Source of the DNA: Promethearchaeia archaeon
GTDB lineage: Archaea > Asgardarchaeota > Lokiarchaeia > Sigyniarchaeales > SOKP01
Assembly (NCBI GenBank): GCA_029856125.1
Contig: JAHQWJ010000120.1
Coordinates: forward strand, 160,001-224,000
DNA: 64,000 nt
Reading direction: 5' to 3'
The number at the start of each line of letters is the position of its first letter. The first letter of the stretch is position 1. The translations under genes were made by a program, and so were the position numbers. The notes beneath the pieces are model-generated. The model made no database searches. It saw only the letters and a program-made list of their open reading frames with translations, and had not been told where the DNA came from. Below are positions 28,361-38,937 of the stretch, one piece after another.

Positions 28361-29436
28361 TACGGGACATTAATAGGATATTTGCCGTATTTTCTCTTCA
28401 CATTTTGCATGGCTTCAAATCTATCAACTGTAACAGCTGGATGGATACTATGACCAGAACTAAATATGTATCCCCCGCCTGGCGCTAATTCTCGTATTAA
28501 CCTTTTAGCATAATCTTCAATCTCAGAAATTTTGCCTAAAGCAAGCATAACAGGACTTAGATTACCTACAAGAGTAATTTTATCGCCAAATTTTTCATTT
28601 AACTTAAATATATCATACTCCAAGTTAGCTGTAGTTGATTCAATGGGATGTATTGCATCCACTCCGCAGTTTATAATGTCTTCAAAAATCTCTAAGAGAT
28701 CCCCATCTGAATGTAGAAGAATTTTGCAATTATGCTTATGAGCTGCATCACATATTTGTTTTAACCATGGAAATATGTGTTTTCGATATAAGCTCGGTCT
28801 CATGAATAGTCCGTTTTTAAATCCGTAATCGTCCCAAAGTAACACCATTTTGGCATCGTTTTCCGCTAAGATTTTCACTAGCTCCACTGTGAAAGTTCCT
28901 CTGTCGTCAAATATCCTCTTCATTTGCTTCTCGTTGCCTACTATTCTTGAAAATGTTTCCATTCCAAAACCCTCCCAAGAGCATTCCATAAGAGCACCAG
29001 TTGAAGGGATAGAAAAAACTGTGTCATTTATTTCTTTTTGAGCACTTCTTCCTGATAGAAATTGATCCATTCGAGTTTTTAAATTTGGGTCTGGCCGTTC
29101 CCAACTTTCGTAGTCCTCAAACGACTCAAAATGCCCTCCGTGGTAAGTTAACATCATAGTTTTATCTTCAGCATATTCATATTTCATTACTCTACCATAC
29201 TCATCGATGTATCCTCCCTTAAACATTTTTCGGGGAAATATACTTACGTAACTAAGAACTAAATCTATTCCTGCTTTACTAAAAAATTTGTATGTGTTTT
29301 TGTAACCACGACTACCGCTAAGATTTATACCATAATGTTTTATTATAGTATTGTTTGTAAAAGCGCTTTCAAAAGCAGGCACTCGATCTGGTTCTTTGTG
29401 CTCAATAGTAGTTAAAACTCTTTCTGGAGCGTTCAT
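28357..29436 (-). CDS. Uroporphyrinogen decarboxylase / MtaA-CmuA methyltransferase family
   Basis: ERV...EPDRVP, DDYG, HSDG, GGGYIFSSGHSI. Confidence 0.85.
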   Translation of the reverse strand: MNAPERVLTTIEHKEPDRVPAFESAFTNNTIIKHYGINLSGSRGYKNTYKFFSKAGIDLVLSYVSIFPRKMFKGGYIDEYGRVMKYEYAEDKTMMLTYHGGHFESFEDYESWERPDPNLKTRMDQFLSGRSAQKEINDTVFSIPSTGALMECSWEGFGMETFSRIVGNEKQMKRIFDDRGTFTVELVKILAENDAKMVLLWDDYGFKNGLFMRPSLYRKHIFPWLKQICDAAHKHNCKILLHSDGDLLEIFEDIINCGVDAIHPIESTTANLEYDIFKLNEKFGDKITLVGNLSPVMLALGKISEIEDYAKRLIRELAPGGGYIFSSGHSIHPAVTVDRFEAMQNVKRKYGKYPINVPY

Positions 29437-29541
29437 TATATCTCTTATTGATAATTTTTTATTAAAATCTTTAATTACATTAAGAAGGTCTTTAAAATAT
29501 ATAAAAGTTTAATTTTACAAATTTGTAGAGCTGATTCCGAT

Positions 29542-30144
29542 TTGAGCGAATTTAAAAGACTAACTACGGATTTCTTTTCAAGAGGTACGGTTGAAGTGGG
29601 TAAGGATCTGTTAGGTAGATACCTAATAAAAGAAACAAATAAAGGAGCTATTATAGGAGAAATAAAAGAAGTCGAAGCGTATTTAGGTCCAAATGATAAA
29701 GCGTGCCACGCTTATAACTACAAAAAAACCGAAAAAACAAAAGTTATGTATATGAAACCTGGTACTTTTTACGTGTATTATATTTATGGTACTTATTTCT
29801 GCTTAAATGTCATTACTGAGCCAATAAACAACCCCTGTGCTATTTTTATAAGAAACCTTCGTCCAATAGAAGGAATTGATTTAATGTTGGAAAATCGCAA
29901 TGTAAAAATCGGAAGGAATTATAAGAATTTGGTTGATGGACCAAGCAAATTATGTATGGCATTTAATATCACCAAAGAAAAATATAACGGGGAAGACTCT
30001 TGCACGGAAAATTCAAAACTCTATTTTGCTCAAGGAAAAAAGATTTTAGATAAACAGATTATTTTAGGAAAAAGAATTGGGATAGAATATGCTGAAGAAG
30101 ACAAAGATCGCCTTTTACGCTTTACTTTAGAACAAGAATTATAA
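29542..30144 (+). CDS. mpg: 3-methyladenine DNA glycosylase (MPG/AAG family)
   Basis: EVEAYLGPNDKACH, YVYYIYG..FCLNV, GPSKLC, RIGI. Confidence 0.92.
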   Translation: MSEFKRLTTDFFSRGTVEVGKDLLGRYLIKETNKGAIIGEIKEVEAYLGPNDKACHAYNYKKTEKTKVMYMKPGTFYVYYIYGTYFCLNVITEPINNPCAIFIRNLRPIEGIDLMLENRNVKIGRNYKNLVDGPSKLCMAFNITKEKYNGEDSCTENSKLYFAQGKKILDKQIILGKRIGIEYAEEDKDRLLRFTLEQEL

Positions 30145-30148
30145 AAAA

Positions 30149-30451
30149 CCTGGATTTCGACTCCAATTCAAATGCTATGACCTTATAATATGCTCCTCCA
30201 CGACCTTACCATAAAGCGTGAACATCTAAACTTACGATTGCTCCATCCCTGGCCTGATCGGGTTTGTTATTACGAGCTTAAGCATTCCCTACGGAAAACC
30301 CTGCTCTGACACCCACCATCATGGGGATCGCTTCGTCGAAACATAAAATTGGATAACATTTCTCATGGAACCTGAATCCAAGCAATTTGAGCTAAAGACC
30401 ATGTTACTCTCCGTCCAGTATAGGACTTCAGAACGGGCCTAATGTTCCAAG
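30149..30451 (-). ncRNA. ffs: Archaeal SRP (7S) RNA
   Basis: About 303 nt, GC-richer than flanks; helix 8 CAGG-CCA-GGGA-TGG-AGCA; helix 6 with GTAG tetraloop; paired ends CTTGGA/TCCAGG; upstream TTTATTA box and downstream T-run. Confidence 0.9.
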
Positions 30452-30518
30452 AAAAAAAATGAATGCATTAATAAAAACTTGATGAACTACCAATAATGGG
30501 AAAGGGTAAAGATAAGGA

Positions 30519-30677
30519 TTAATCTAATGCTACTTCTTTATTGATTCTACGGCGTAAAATCGATAAAAATTCTTCAGTATCTGGAAACACATAAGTAATG
30601 TTGTCTCCATCGTCATCAATTGTAACCTCTTTGAAAAACTTACCATCTATTTTCACTTTCATATCGTTTAATATCAT
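30519..30677 (-). CDS. Small hypothetical protein (52 aa), not in the track
   Basis: ATG..TAA ORF MILNDMKVKIDGKFFKEVTIDDDGDNITYVFPDTEEFLSILRRRINKEVALD. Confidence 0.45.
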   Translation of the reverse strand: MILNDMKVKIDGKFFKEVTIDDDGDNITYVFPDTEEFLSILRRRINKEVALD

Positions 30678-30736
30678 ACCAAAAGAATGTTAATCGAATT
30701 TCAAAAAACTACATAACATGGAAGTAATACTACCTT

Positions 30737-31621
30737 CTAATTACCATTCTTGTTGCTATTTGCTACTATAGCGTTTACAATTTGTGGTATGACTTCGCGA
30801 GGAAAACTATGACCCATTCCATCCAAAATCAATAACTCTGCTTCGGGTATTTCTGTAGCGATTTCTTTACCTGCTTCAACTGAGTTAAGTGGATCTTCTC
30901 TCCCATGAATAACAATTGTAGGAGCTCGTATTGCTGCAAGTTTTGGTTTTAGATTACCGGGAACAGCCATCGCTGCTAATTGACGCGTTACCCCTTCAGG
31001 GTAATAACCACGATCATAATCGTTTGCCATATACTCTCTTGATTGATCTTCGTCATAAGGAAAAGTTCCGTGAATGAGGCGACCGCGTTTGACCATTTCT
31101 TCAATATATGCCTCGCGTTCAGAAGGAACAGGTGCAAAGAATTGCGCCATGATTTCTGGCTTCGATTGAGGTAGATCGGGATTTCCAGTCGTACTCATGA
31201 TTAACGTGAGAGATAGCAACCGAGATGGGTGTTTATATGCTAGAACCTGTGCGATCATTCCCCCCATGGAAGCACCGCAGATGTGTGCTTTATCTATATT
31301 TAGAACATCCAAGACACCAACAGCGTCACCTGCCATGTCCTCTAAAGTGTACGGTACTTTAGGTATTTCTCCATGAGTATAGGCGGCACTAATCTCCACA
31401 AAGTTTGGCATACCTGCATCTTCAAATTTTGTTGACAAACCTATATCTCTGTTGTCGAATCTGATGACAAAAAAGCCATGATTTGCTAGATTCTCGCACA
31501 TTTCATCTGTCCAAGCAAGTAATTGGCTTCCCAGTCCTGCTATCAATAACAACGGTTTTGAAACCGGGTCACCGATTGTTTCATATTCAATTTCTATATT
31601 ATTTACTTTCGCTTTTGGCAT
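30737..31621 (-). CDS. Alpha/beta hydrolase
   Basis: FDNRDIG, GASMGG, HGREDP, GMGH. Confidence 0.92.
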   Translation of the reverse strand: MPKAKVNNIEIEYETIGDPVSKPLLLIAGLGSQLLAWTDEMCENLANHGFFVIRFDNRDIGLSTKFEDAGMPNFVEISAAYTHGEIPKVPYTLEDMAGDAVGVLDVLNIDKAHICGASMGGMIAQVLAYKHPSRLLSLTLIMSTTGNPDLPQSKPEIMAQFFAPVPSEREAYIEEMVKRGRLIHGTFPYDEDQSREYMANDYDRGYYPEGVTRQLAAMAVPGNLKPKLAAIRAPTIVIHGREDPLNSVEAGKEIATEIPEAELLILDGMGHSFPREVIPQIVNAIVANSNKNGN

Positions 31622-31755
31622 TATTGATATTTCTCATTTATTTCTTTAAACTTATTAAATAGGGAATGTAATATTAAGTTAAACTTTATGTAAAACCAAA
31701 AATAAGCTAGAATATTGTTTAATTATCATAAAATAATGAATTTTGAGGGATTACT

Positions 31756-32859
31756 ATGTCTGAAAATATTATTTATCTCGATACCGAAACACTTGAAAGT
31801 TTCATGAAAGATGTTTTCATAGGGCTTGGTGTGCCTAAGGACGACGCCCACATTATAGCTGAAGTATTAATTGCTTCTGATATTAGAGGAATTGATACCC
31901 ATGGAATTCAGCGCTGCAAAATGTATTTTGATCGTATAAAGGCAGGAATGTATGAAGTGAAAACAAAAATTGATGTTATAAATAATGGCCCTACGACAGC
32001 CCTTTGGGACGGAAATTGTGGAATGGGACATGTTATTGCGTATAAAGCCATGGAAACAGCAATTGAAAAAGCGAAAAAGTATGGACTAGGCTCCGTAGCA
32101 GTCCGAAATTCAACTCATTTTGGTATCGCTGGTTACTATTCACTCATGGCAATTAAGGAAGGAATGATTGGTTTTGCGGTAACTAACGCGCGACCCTCTA
32201 TGCCCCCCACATTTGGAGTTGAACCTATGCTTGGTACAAATCCTTTAACTGCTGGTGCGCCAACAGATGAGGAGTTCCCCTTCTTAATTGATTGTGCTAC
32301 TACTATTGTTCAAAGGGGTAAAGTAGAGTTATATAATAGAATTAATAAACCTTTACCTGATGGTGTTGTAATAACAGACGAGGGAAAGACGGAAACTGAC
32401 CCCGCTATTATATTGGAAAATATGAGTAAAGGTAAAGCTGCTTTACTGCCTTTAGGTGGTAAGGGAGAAGAAACTTCTGGTTATAAAGGTTATGGTTACG
32501 CCACTTTGGTTGAATTGTTATCAGCAGCCTTACAAGATGGAATATATCTTAAAGACACAATAGGAATTGTAGAAGATGGTCAAAAAAGATTAAAAGTGGG
32601 ACACTTCTTCTTAGCAATTAATATCGAGAGCTTTCTCCCTCTTGAAGTTTTTAAAAAAACAGCAGGAAACATCATGAGGGGTCTTCGATCTTCTAACAAA
32701 GAACCTGGAGCAGACCGAATTTATACAGCTGGCGAAAAAGAATATGACGCGATGACAAGTAGAGGAAAAATGGGAATTCCTCTTAATAAAAGTTTACAAG
32801 ACGATATAAAAACTATGCAGAAAGAATTAAGGTTGTTTAACTACAGTTTTCCATTCTAA
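31756..32859 (+). CDS. Ldh_2 (malate/L-lactate/sulfolactate dehydrogenase) family oxidoreductase
   Basis: RGIDTHG, NSTHFG, GTNP, GYKGYG. Confidence 0.9.
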   Translation: MSENIIYLDTETLESFMKDVFIGLGVPKDDAHIIAEVLIASDIRGIDTHGIQRCKMYFDRIKAGMYEVKTKIDVINNGPTTALWDGNCGMGHVIAYKAMETAIEKAKKYGLGSVAVRNSTHFGIAGYYSLMAIKEGMIGFAVTNARPSMPPTFGVEPMLGTNPLTAGAPTDEEFPFLIDCATTIVQRGKVELYNRINKPLPDGVVITDEGKTETDPAIILENMSKGKAALLPLGGKGEETSGYKGYGYATLVELLSAALQDGIYLKDTIGIVEDGQKRLKVGHFFLAINIESFLPLEVFKKTAGNIMRGLRSSNKEPGADRIYTAGEKEYDAMTSRGKMGIPLNKSLQDDIKTMQKELRLFNYSFPF

Positions 32860-34314
32860 TTATTTAAATATAACGCCCTCAGTGCGTCCTTTTATGGGTT
32901 CAGAATGAAGAATTATCTCGTTTAAATTTTCTATTTTTAGCGTATTTTTTATTTGCTGCTCTACTTCTGTTATCAAAGTATGAACTCGCGATATATTGAG
33001 AGTACCGTCAAAAAACACATGAAGTTCGAGCATGCAAAAATCGAGGGCAGCCCAAAATTCCAAACCATGATAGCCTTTAACCTCTGGAATCGATTTCAAT
33101 AGACTATCTAAGGAAGATTGAATTGCTTTCTTCTTTTCAGGTTCAATAGGAGTGCATATTAGATGATCTGTTAAAGATTTTTTCAGCGTAGACTGGGATT
33201 CTAAGTGAGTAATTATTCTCGATATAAATGGAACTTGCTCCTTTAGTTGTTCTTCAAATAAACTGCTTAATTCGTGAGCCTCCTCTAATGATAAACTATC
33301 ATCAACAACTATAGCTAATGATAAGAAGTAATTGTTTTTAATTCTAAACACATTCAAGTCTTTAAAATCTGATATCTCTTTAAATTCACTTTTCATAGTA
33401 TACAGCAAATTAACTATTTTTTCTCCGAGCGAAGATTCTCCACTTAAAGGATTCATTTCAACTAATGTCTCTACATTATAAGACGGAAAAAATTTCTTGC
33501 TCAGCGCTCGAATATTTTTTGTAATTTCATTCGCATGTACTACAGATATATGGTCTTCAACAGAGAGTCTTATTTCTAAAAATAGAGTGTTACCACTAAA
33601 TCTCACTTTTAAATCCTCAACACCGTTTACATGATCAAGATTAAAAACACTTATCTTAATTTCTTCTATAATAAGTGAATTTATTGGGTTTACATCTAGT
33701 AAATCTTTAATTCCTTCTTTAGAAAGGATGATCGAACTTATAATTATCAATATGGAAAGAACAATACTAAAATAGGGATCTAAAAATTTTATGCCAAAAA
33801 ATAAAGCAATGAAAAAGTTAACTATAACTATAAGTGCTCGAAGAGAGTCTTGGAACAAATTTAAACCTTGAATTTTTAGGGATAAACTATTTTGTTTCTT
33901 TCCTTGCCATATTAATATTCTAGAAAATACTAAATTGATGATAAATGATATAATTAGAATAATAAAGCCCACATCGGGATTGATAATTCCATAGGAGCTT
34001 GTTACAATGGTTTGAATTGCTATAAAGATAAGAACGCTATAAACATTGATTAAAATAATACTTTGAACCAATCCACTTAACGAATCGATTTTAGAATGAC
34101 CGTACATATGTTCGAAATCAGGGGGTTTTTGACTGACATATATCGAATAGATCGTAAGAAAAACAAAAAAGATATCAGTAAGAGTATCAACTGTTTCAGA
34201 CAAAAAGCTTAAACTACCCGTTAATATAACTCCTGCTAACTTTAATGATGATTGGAGTAAAATGACGAGAAAAGCAATAATGCCATATTTGATCTTAATA
34301 TTCATAATTTTCAT
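32860..34314 (-). CDS. Cation diffusion facilitator with three tandem C-terminal dimerisation domains
   Basis: PPDFEHMYGHSK; repeats ending LVEMNP, ITHLES and ILHSEP. Confidence 0.85.
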   Translation of the reverse strand: MKIMNIKIKYGIIAFLVILLQSSLKLAGVILTGSLSFLSETVDTLTDIFFVFLTIYSIYVSQKPPDFEHMYGHSKIDSLSGLVQSIILINVYSVLIFIAIQTIVTSSYGIINPDVGFIILIISFIINLVFSRILIWQGKKQNSLSLKIQGLNLFQDSLRALIVIVNFFIALFFGIKFLDPYFSIVLSILIIISSIILSKEGIKDLLDVNPINSLIIEEIKISVFNLDHVNGVEDLKVRFSGNTLFLEIRLSVEDHISVVHANEITKNIRALSKKFFPSYNVETLVEMNPLSGESSLGEKIVNLLYTMKSEFKEISDFKDLNVFRIKNNYFLSLAIVVDDSLSLEEAHELSSLFEEQLKEQVPFISRIITHLESQSTLKKSLTDHLICTPIEPEKKKAIQSSLDSLLKSIPEVKGYHGLEFWAALDFCMLELHVFFDGTLNISRVHTLITEVEQQIKNTLKIENLNEIILHSEPIKGRTEGVIFK

Positions 34315-34395
34315 AGAATTTCTTATTTATGAATAAAAAGCTTAAATTAATACTGAGAATTAAATATTTGGCAATAAAAATAAAAAAAAAAGTTA

Positions 34396-35628
34396 TTATA
34401 GATCTCTGGGAATGCTAATTTCGAGATCTGTAATTGGATAAGAAGCACAAGGATGAAAATAGTTGAATTTTTTATCTGCACCTTTTCTCCAATCAGAAAC
34501 TGGATTTATATATACTTTACCAGCTATCAGAAGAGATCGACAGAAACCACATTCACCAGATCGGCATTTCGAGGGTGGATTTAAGTTTGCCCTTTCTAAA
34601 GCTATCAAAACAGACTCAGTAGCTATTGCAGGTATTTCCTTTGTTAAATCACCAATATGAACTTTTATCTTAAATATTTTCTCAGCAACTTCTTTAGGGA
34701 AATCTGGATGAGTTAGAATATCCTTTACTTCACCAAAGGCTTCTCTGCGAATTTGTTTAACCGGCAAGTTAAACTTTTTGAGCTCTTCCTCAACGAAATT
34801 ATACATGATTTGCGGACCGCAAATGAAAAAAGTACTTGACCTTGCATCGCAATATTTCTCAATTATCTCTTTTGTAATGAAACCCTTTTCACATCCTTCT
34901 AATGTAACAATATCGCTACTTAAAATATGAACAACTTTAATTTTCGCGGGATTTTTCTTTTCCATCTCTTTGAATTCGTCGTAGAAAATGATATCTTCCT
35001 CCTCGGAACTACCGTATAACAACATTAATTTAGCATCAATTGTCCCATCTATTATTGCTTTAGCTATCGATCGAAATGGTGTGATACCAGAACCTCCAGC
35101 AATTCCTACTATTTGGGTTAAATCTCTTAATTTTTCGTAATAAAAGAATCCTTCTGGTCCAGAGCTCTCAACCTTCGTACCTACTTTCCAATTATCCAAG
35201 ATATATTGCGTTAAAAATCCGCTCTCTTCTTTTCGAATAGTTAATTCGTAAAATCCTTTTAATGAATCTTTAGGCGACGATGCTATAGAATAGGGGCGAG
35301 TAATCCGCACTCCCTCTAAATCTACTTTTAAGCTTATGTATTGACCCGGTCTAAAGTAGGCTAATTCCTTTGTTTCAGAATCGGGATCTGGAACAAGATT
35401 GTAGGTTTTCGTAGATTTAGTTTCTTCTTTAATCCCGTCAATTAATAAATATTGTCTTTCAGGGTGTAATTTCCGCATTAGATCCATAATTGGATCTTCT
35501 CTTATTGGTTCACTCGAAGCTCTCTCGAATCTTTTTTTACGGTTAGACATCAGTTTAGTAAATGCAAATAAATCTCTTGTGTTGGATTTGACTGTTACCT
35601 CTAGTTTATCTTCGTTTTCTTTACTCAT
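34396..35628 (-). CDS. FNR-type FAD/NAD oxidoreductase with C-terminal 2Fe-2S ferredoxin
   Basis: RPYSIAS, AGGSGITP, CGP, EAF, CRSGECGFC...C. Confidence 0.9.
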   Translation of the reverse strand: MSKENEDKLEVTVKSNTRDLFAFTKLMSNRKKRFERASSEPIREDPIMDLMRKLHPERQYLLIDGIKEETKSTKTYNLVPDPDSETKELAYFRPGQYISLKVDLEGVRITRPYSIASSPKDSLKGFYELTIRKEESGFLTQYILDNWKVGTKVESSGPEGFFYYEKLRDLTQIVGIAGGSGITPFRSIAKAIIDGTIDAKLMLLYGSSEEEDIIFYDEFKEMEKKNPAKIKVVHILSSDIVTLEGCEKGFITKEIIEKYCDARSSTFFICGPQIMYNFVEEELKKFNLPVKQIRREAFGEVKDILTHPDFPKEVAEKIFKIKVHIGDLTKEIPAIATESVLIALERANLNPPSKCRSGECGFCRSLLIAGKVYINPVSDWRKGADKKFNYFHPCASYPITDLEISIPRDL

Positions 35629-37193
35629 ACTTTATCACGCTCCTTCAATATTTTTTGTAATGTTAATTGTGCCGACATCACTCCATCATTTAATGCACTA
35701 CTATACCCGTGTAATCGTCTGTTAAATCCTCCTGCAAATTCTAATCCTTCAATATAAACATCCCTACCCATACTCATTAATCTCGGTACCATTGAGTCCC
35801 AAGATTCAGGCTCATAACCATAAAATATTCCATTATATAGCTTTGCATATCTTGCGAAGGTAGCAGGAGTAGCAATTTCAATTTCTTCGATGTGTTCTCT
35901 AAGAGAGGTCCCGGTAGCTTTTTCAAACTTAGTTAGTAATTCTTCAGCTAATTTATTCTTGAGATTTACATAATCCTCGGGCTTGACATCTTTCCAAGCT
36001 TCGGGTCGAAATAGTGTCGTTATATTTAGTAAGCAAGTTCCTGGAGGTGAACAACCGGGAACAGCATTATTAAGAACAGTGCAAGCCAATCCTTTAGGAG
36101 CTTGAAGCTTCGTCCAAGAGTGATAAATGTCCTCAGTATTCATATTATTCATAATAAAGTAACCATAACTGTTCAATCCTAATTCCTCTGCTGAAGCGTC
36201 TAATCCCGCATAAAGAACAAAACCCGTTAATCCGTGGATTCGGGCATTAACGTCTTTATAAGCGATTTCTGGAACTTCTGACTGGGGATATATCAGTTGA
36301 TTATAAACTAGGGTTTGTGTAGCGTTAGAAATAACATAATTAGTTTTTATTTTATCCCCGCTAGAAGTTTCAACTCCAATAATTTTTCCTCCTTCAACCA
36401 GGATTTTGTCTACTGTAGTGTTATACTCAATTCTCCCTCCAAATTCTCGTATTTTGGCATCAATAGCTGTAGTATAACCATGGGACCGATCAGTAGGAAC
36501 CCATCCTCCAATTTCAGCATAAGTCAAGGTCATTGCTGCAAAGATTGTAAAATTCATCCTACTCATAGGGAGTCCTAAATAAGCCCAATACGCGTTTAAA
36601 ATTTGCTGTGCCTTTTCAGGAATTCCTAATGCGTTTTCTACTTCAGTAACAGAATAAGCTGCTGTTTTAAGAAAATTTGAATGTTCTCTAAGTAACACTC
36701 CTTGATCTGGCCTTCCTTTCATACTACCAATATACGCAAAAGCCTCCCCAATCTCTTCGGCAACTTTAAAAAAGTTTTCTACAGACTTTTTACTACCTGG
36801 TACCTCCTTTTCGATAGTATCGACAAAATTTTCAACTCCGAATGGCATTTGAACATCCATTTCCTCTCCAGGGTCGGTCGTGATAAGTCTAAATGCTTCT
36901 GGAACTTGAACGAATTTAGTATCTATTTTTAGTTTGTCTTCAAACATTCGTCTAATGCTTCCTTTATTCGATTCTGGTCCGAAACTAGCAAGTTCATGAA
37001 GCGATGTTTCAAATTCGAATCTTCCACGAACAAAGCTAGTAGCAACACCCCCAGGTAGATTATGTTGTTCTAAACATAAAACTTTTATTCCTTGCTTTGC
37101 TAAAAACGCCGTTGCGGCTAATCCGCCATTACCTGCACCAATAACTACCACATCATATGAATCCTCAATTCTCTGTTTTTTACTCTCGCTCAT
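35625..37193 (-). CDS. Phytoene desaturase/RetSat-like FAD oxidoreductase
   Basis: GAGNGG, LEQHNLPGG..TSFVRGRFEFE, ATPATFARY. Confidence 0.85.
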   Translation of the reverse strand: MSESKKQRIEDSYDVVVIGAGNGGLAATAFLAKQGIKVLCLEQHNLPGGVATSFVRGRFEFETSLHELASFGPESNKGSIRRMFEDKLKIDTKFVQVPEAFRLITTDPGEEMDVQMPFGVENFVDTIEKEVPGSKKSVENFFKVAEEIGEAFAYIGSMKGRPDQGVLLREHSNFLKTAAYSVTEVENALGIPEKAQQILNAYWAYLGLPMSRMNFTIFAAMTLTYAEIGGWVPTDRSHGYTTAIDAKIREFGGRIEYNTTVDKILVEGGKIIGVETSSGDKIKTNYVISNATQTLVYNQLIYPQSEVPEIAYKDVNARIHGLTGFVLYAGLDASAEELGLNSYGYFIMNNMNTEDIYHSWTKLQAPKGLACTVLNNAVPGCSPPGTCLLNITTLFRPEAWKDVKPEDYVNLKNKLAEELLTKFEKATGTSLREHIEEIEIATPATFARYAKLYNGIFYGYEPESWDSMVPRLMSMGRDVYIEGLEFAGGFNRRLHGYSSALNDGVMSAQLTLQKILKERDKV

Positions 37194-37273
37194 AATCTCT
37201 TTCTCTTTTTTATTAATTTTTTCAGATTATAATTTCATAATTCTTGATTTGTTTTAAAGAGTATAATAACTTT

Positions 37274-38656
37274 TTATAATTCATTTGGAATTACCTTGAA
37301 TACATAAACAGGAGATTCTGTTAAATTTTCAGGAATATTGATAACCAAATCTTGTTGATCCTGCTCCCATCTTAGTTGATTATCATAACCAAGCAACATG
37401 ATTTTTGAATTCTTAGGAATGGTTAATGTTAATATCTTTAACGTTTTTCCTATTGGGTTATTTAAAAGATGTATATACAATAATTCATTTTTATATGTAA
37501 ATCTAATTTCGAGTTTATCCAAAGTGTTGCCCTCAGCTCTTTCCCAAGGACGAGTGCCATAAATTCCCTCTCCGTTAATCTCTAACCACTGACCAATCCC
37601 AAGTAATACTTCTTTTTGAAGTTCAGGTATTGTTCCGTCTGGCATAGGTCCAACATTTAATAAAAGGTTCCCGTTTTTACTAACGATATCTACAAGCATC
37701 CTAATAAAGTCTTTTGAAGTTAAATAATCTCCTTCTTTTTCCGTTTTATTATACCCATAAGAATTTCCAATACCTCGATTTGATTCCCATTTCTTCTTTT
37801 TAATAATTCTATAGCTTTTATACTCGGGTGTAGTATAATCGTAAAAAAAAGTCCTATTCATCTTGTACACCTTACCATCTTTATGAAATATCTTATCCCA
37901 GCGATCATTTATTACACCATCTGGATACTTGTTATAATAGTATGCGAAAAGTTCGAAAAGATCAAGAAGAGGTGGTGCTCCGATGTCACTCCATAATATA
38001 GAAGGTTCGTAATCATCAATTAATTCATACCAGTGGTTTTTAACATATTCGGTATATTCAGGTGTAGTGATACCATTAATCATATCACTCGTACGAGCAT
38101 CAATTGGCTCCTGGTTGAAGGTCCAGTCAAAAGAGGTGGAGTAATAAAATCCCATTTTCATTCCTTTACTTTTTACCGAATTTGTGAGTTCACGAACAAT
38201 ATTTCTATTAGAAATATAGTTTTCTTTCATAGGATTTGGATACTTGCTTGGCCACAAAAGAAATCCATCGTGATGCTTTGTTACAAGCACTACATATTTG
38301 GCGCCTGCATTTTTGAATAATTCAGCCCATTCCTGTGGATTCCACATTTCTAATTCTTCGTTGAATATTGGTACGAAATCATCGTAAGAAAAGTCTTCAC
38401 CATATTCTTTATTGTGATACTCTTGTGTTAGACTTCCAGAAATCCTCAATGTATTAAGATACCACTCTGCATACGGATTATTTCTAAAGTAATATTCCTC
38501 TCCCACTTCTGGTGACTCTGTGAAGCTTAACCCTTTAGCTGCGAATGCAGGTACGGAATACAACCCCCAATGAATAAAAATCCCGAACTTTGCGTCTTGA
38601 AACCAATCAGGTACTTCATGCTTTCTAATTGATGTTTTTGTAGGTTCAAAATTCAT
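37274..38656 (-). CDS. Alpha-L-fucosidase (GH29)
   Basis: WFQDAKFGIFIHWGLYSVP, KHHDGF, LWSD, NGNLLLNVGP. Confidence 0.93.
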   Translation of the reverse strand: MNFEPTKTSIRKHEVPDWFQDAKFGIFIHWGLYSVPAFAAKGLSFTESPEVGEEYYFRNNPYAEWYLNTLRISGSLTQEYHNKEYGEDFSYDDFVPIFNEELEMWNPQEWAELFKNAGAKYVVLVTKHHDGFLLWPSKYPNPMKENYISNRNIVRELTNSVKSKGMKMGFYYSTSFDWTFNQEPIDARTSDMINGITTPEYTEYVKNHWYELIDDYEPSILWSDIGAPPLLDLFELFAYYYNKYPDGVINDRWDKIFHKDGKVYKMNRTFFYDYTTPEYKSYRIIKKKKWESNRGIGNSYGYNKTEKEGDYLTSKDFIRMLVDIVSKNGNLLLNVGPMPDGTIPELQKEVLLGIGQWLEINGEGIYGTRPWERAEGNTLDKLEIRFTYKNELLYIHLLNNPIGKTLKILTLTIPKNSKIMLLGYDNQLRWEQDQQDLVINIPENLTESPVYVFKVIPNEL

Positions 38657-38937
38657 TGTTAAATTCTCTTAGTTTTTTTTCTTTTTATCTCAAATATGCA
38701 TGATTGCCTATTTATTCTAATAATTATAAAAAAAAATTGTTCTATTAAAAAATTATATTATTTAAAGTACTTTTCAATAGTAATAGTAAAAATCTTTTTA
38801 GAATGAGCCATTAATTGACATAAAACAGGAAAAGAAATCTCAAAAAATCTCTTAATGTTTCTCTATTACGCTTTTTCTAAGCATTTTAATAGGTTTTTAT
38901 TTACTAAAGAAAAAAAAAGATTTGGTTATTTTTTAAA

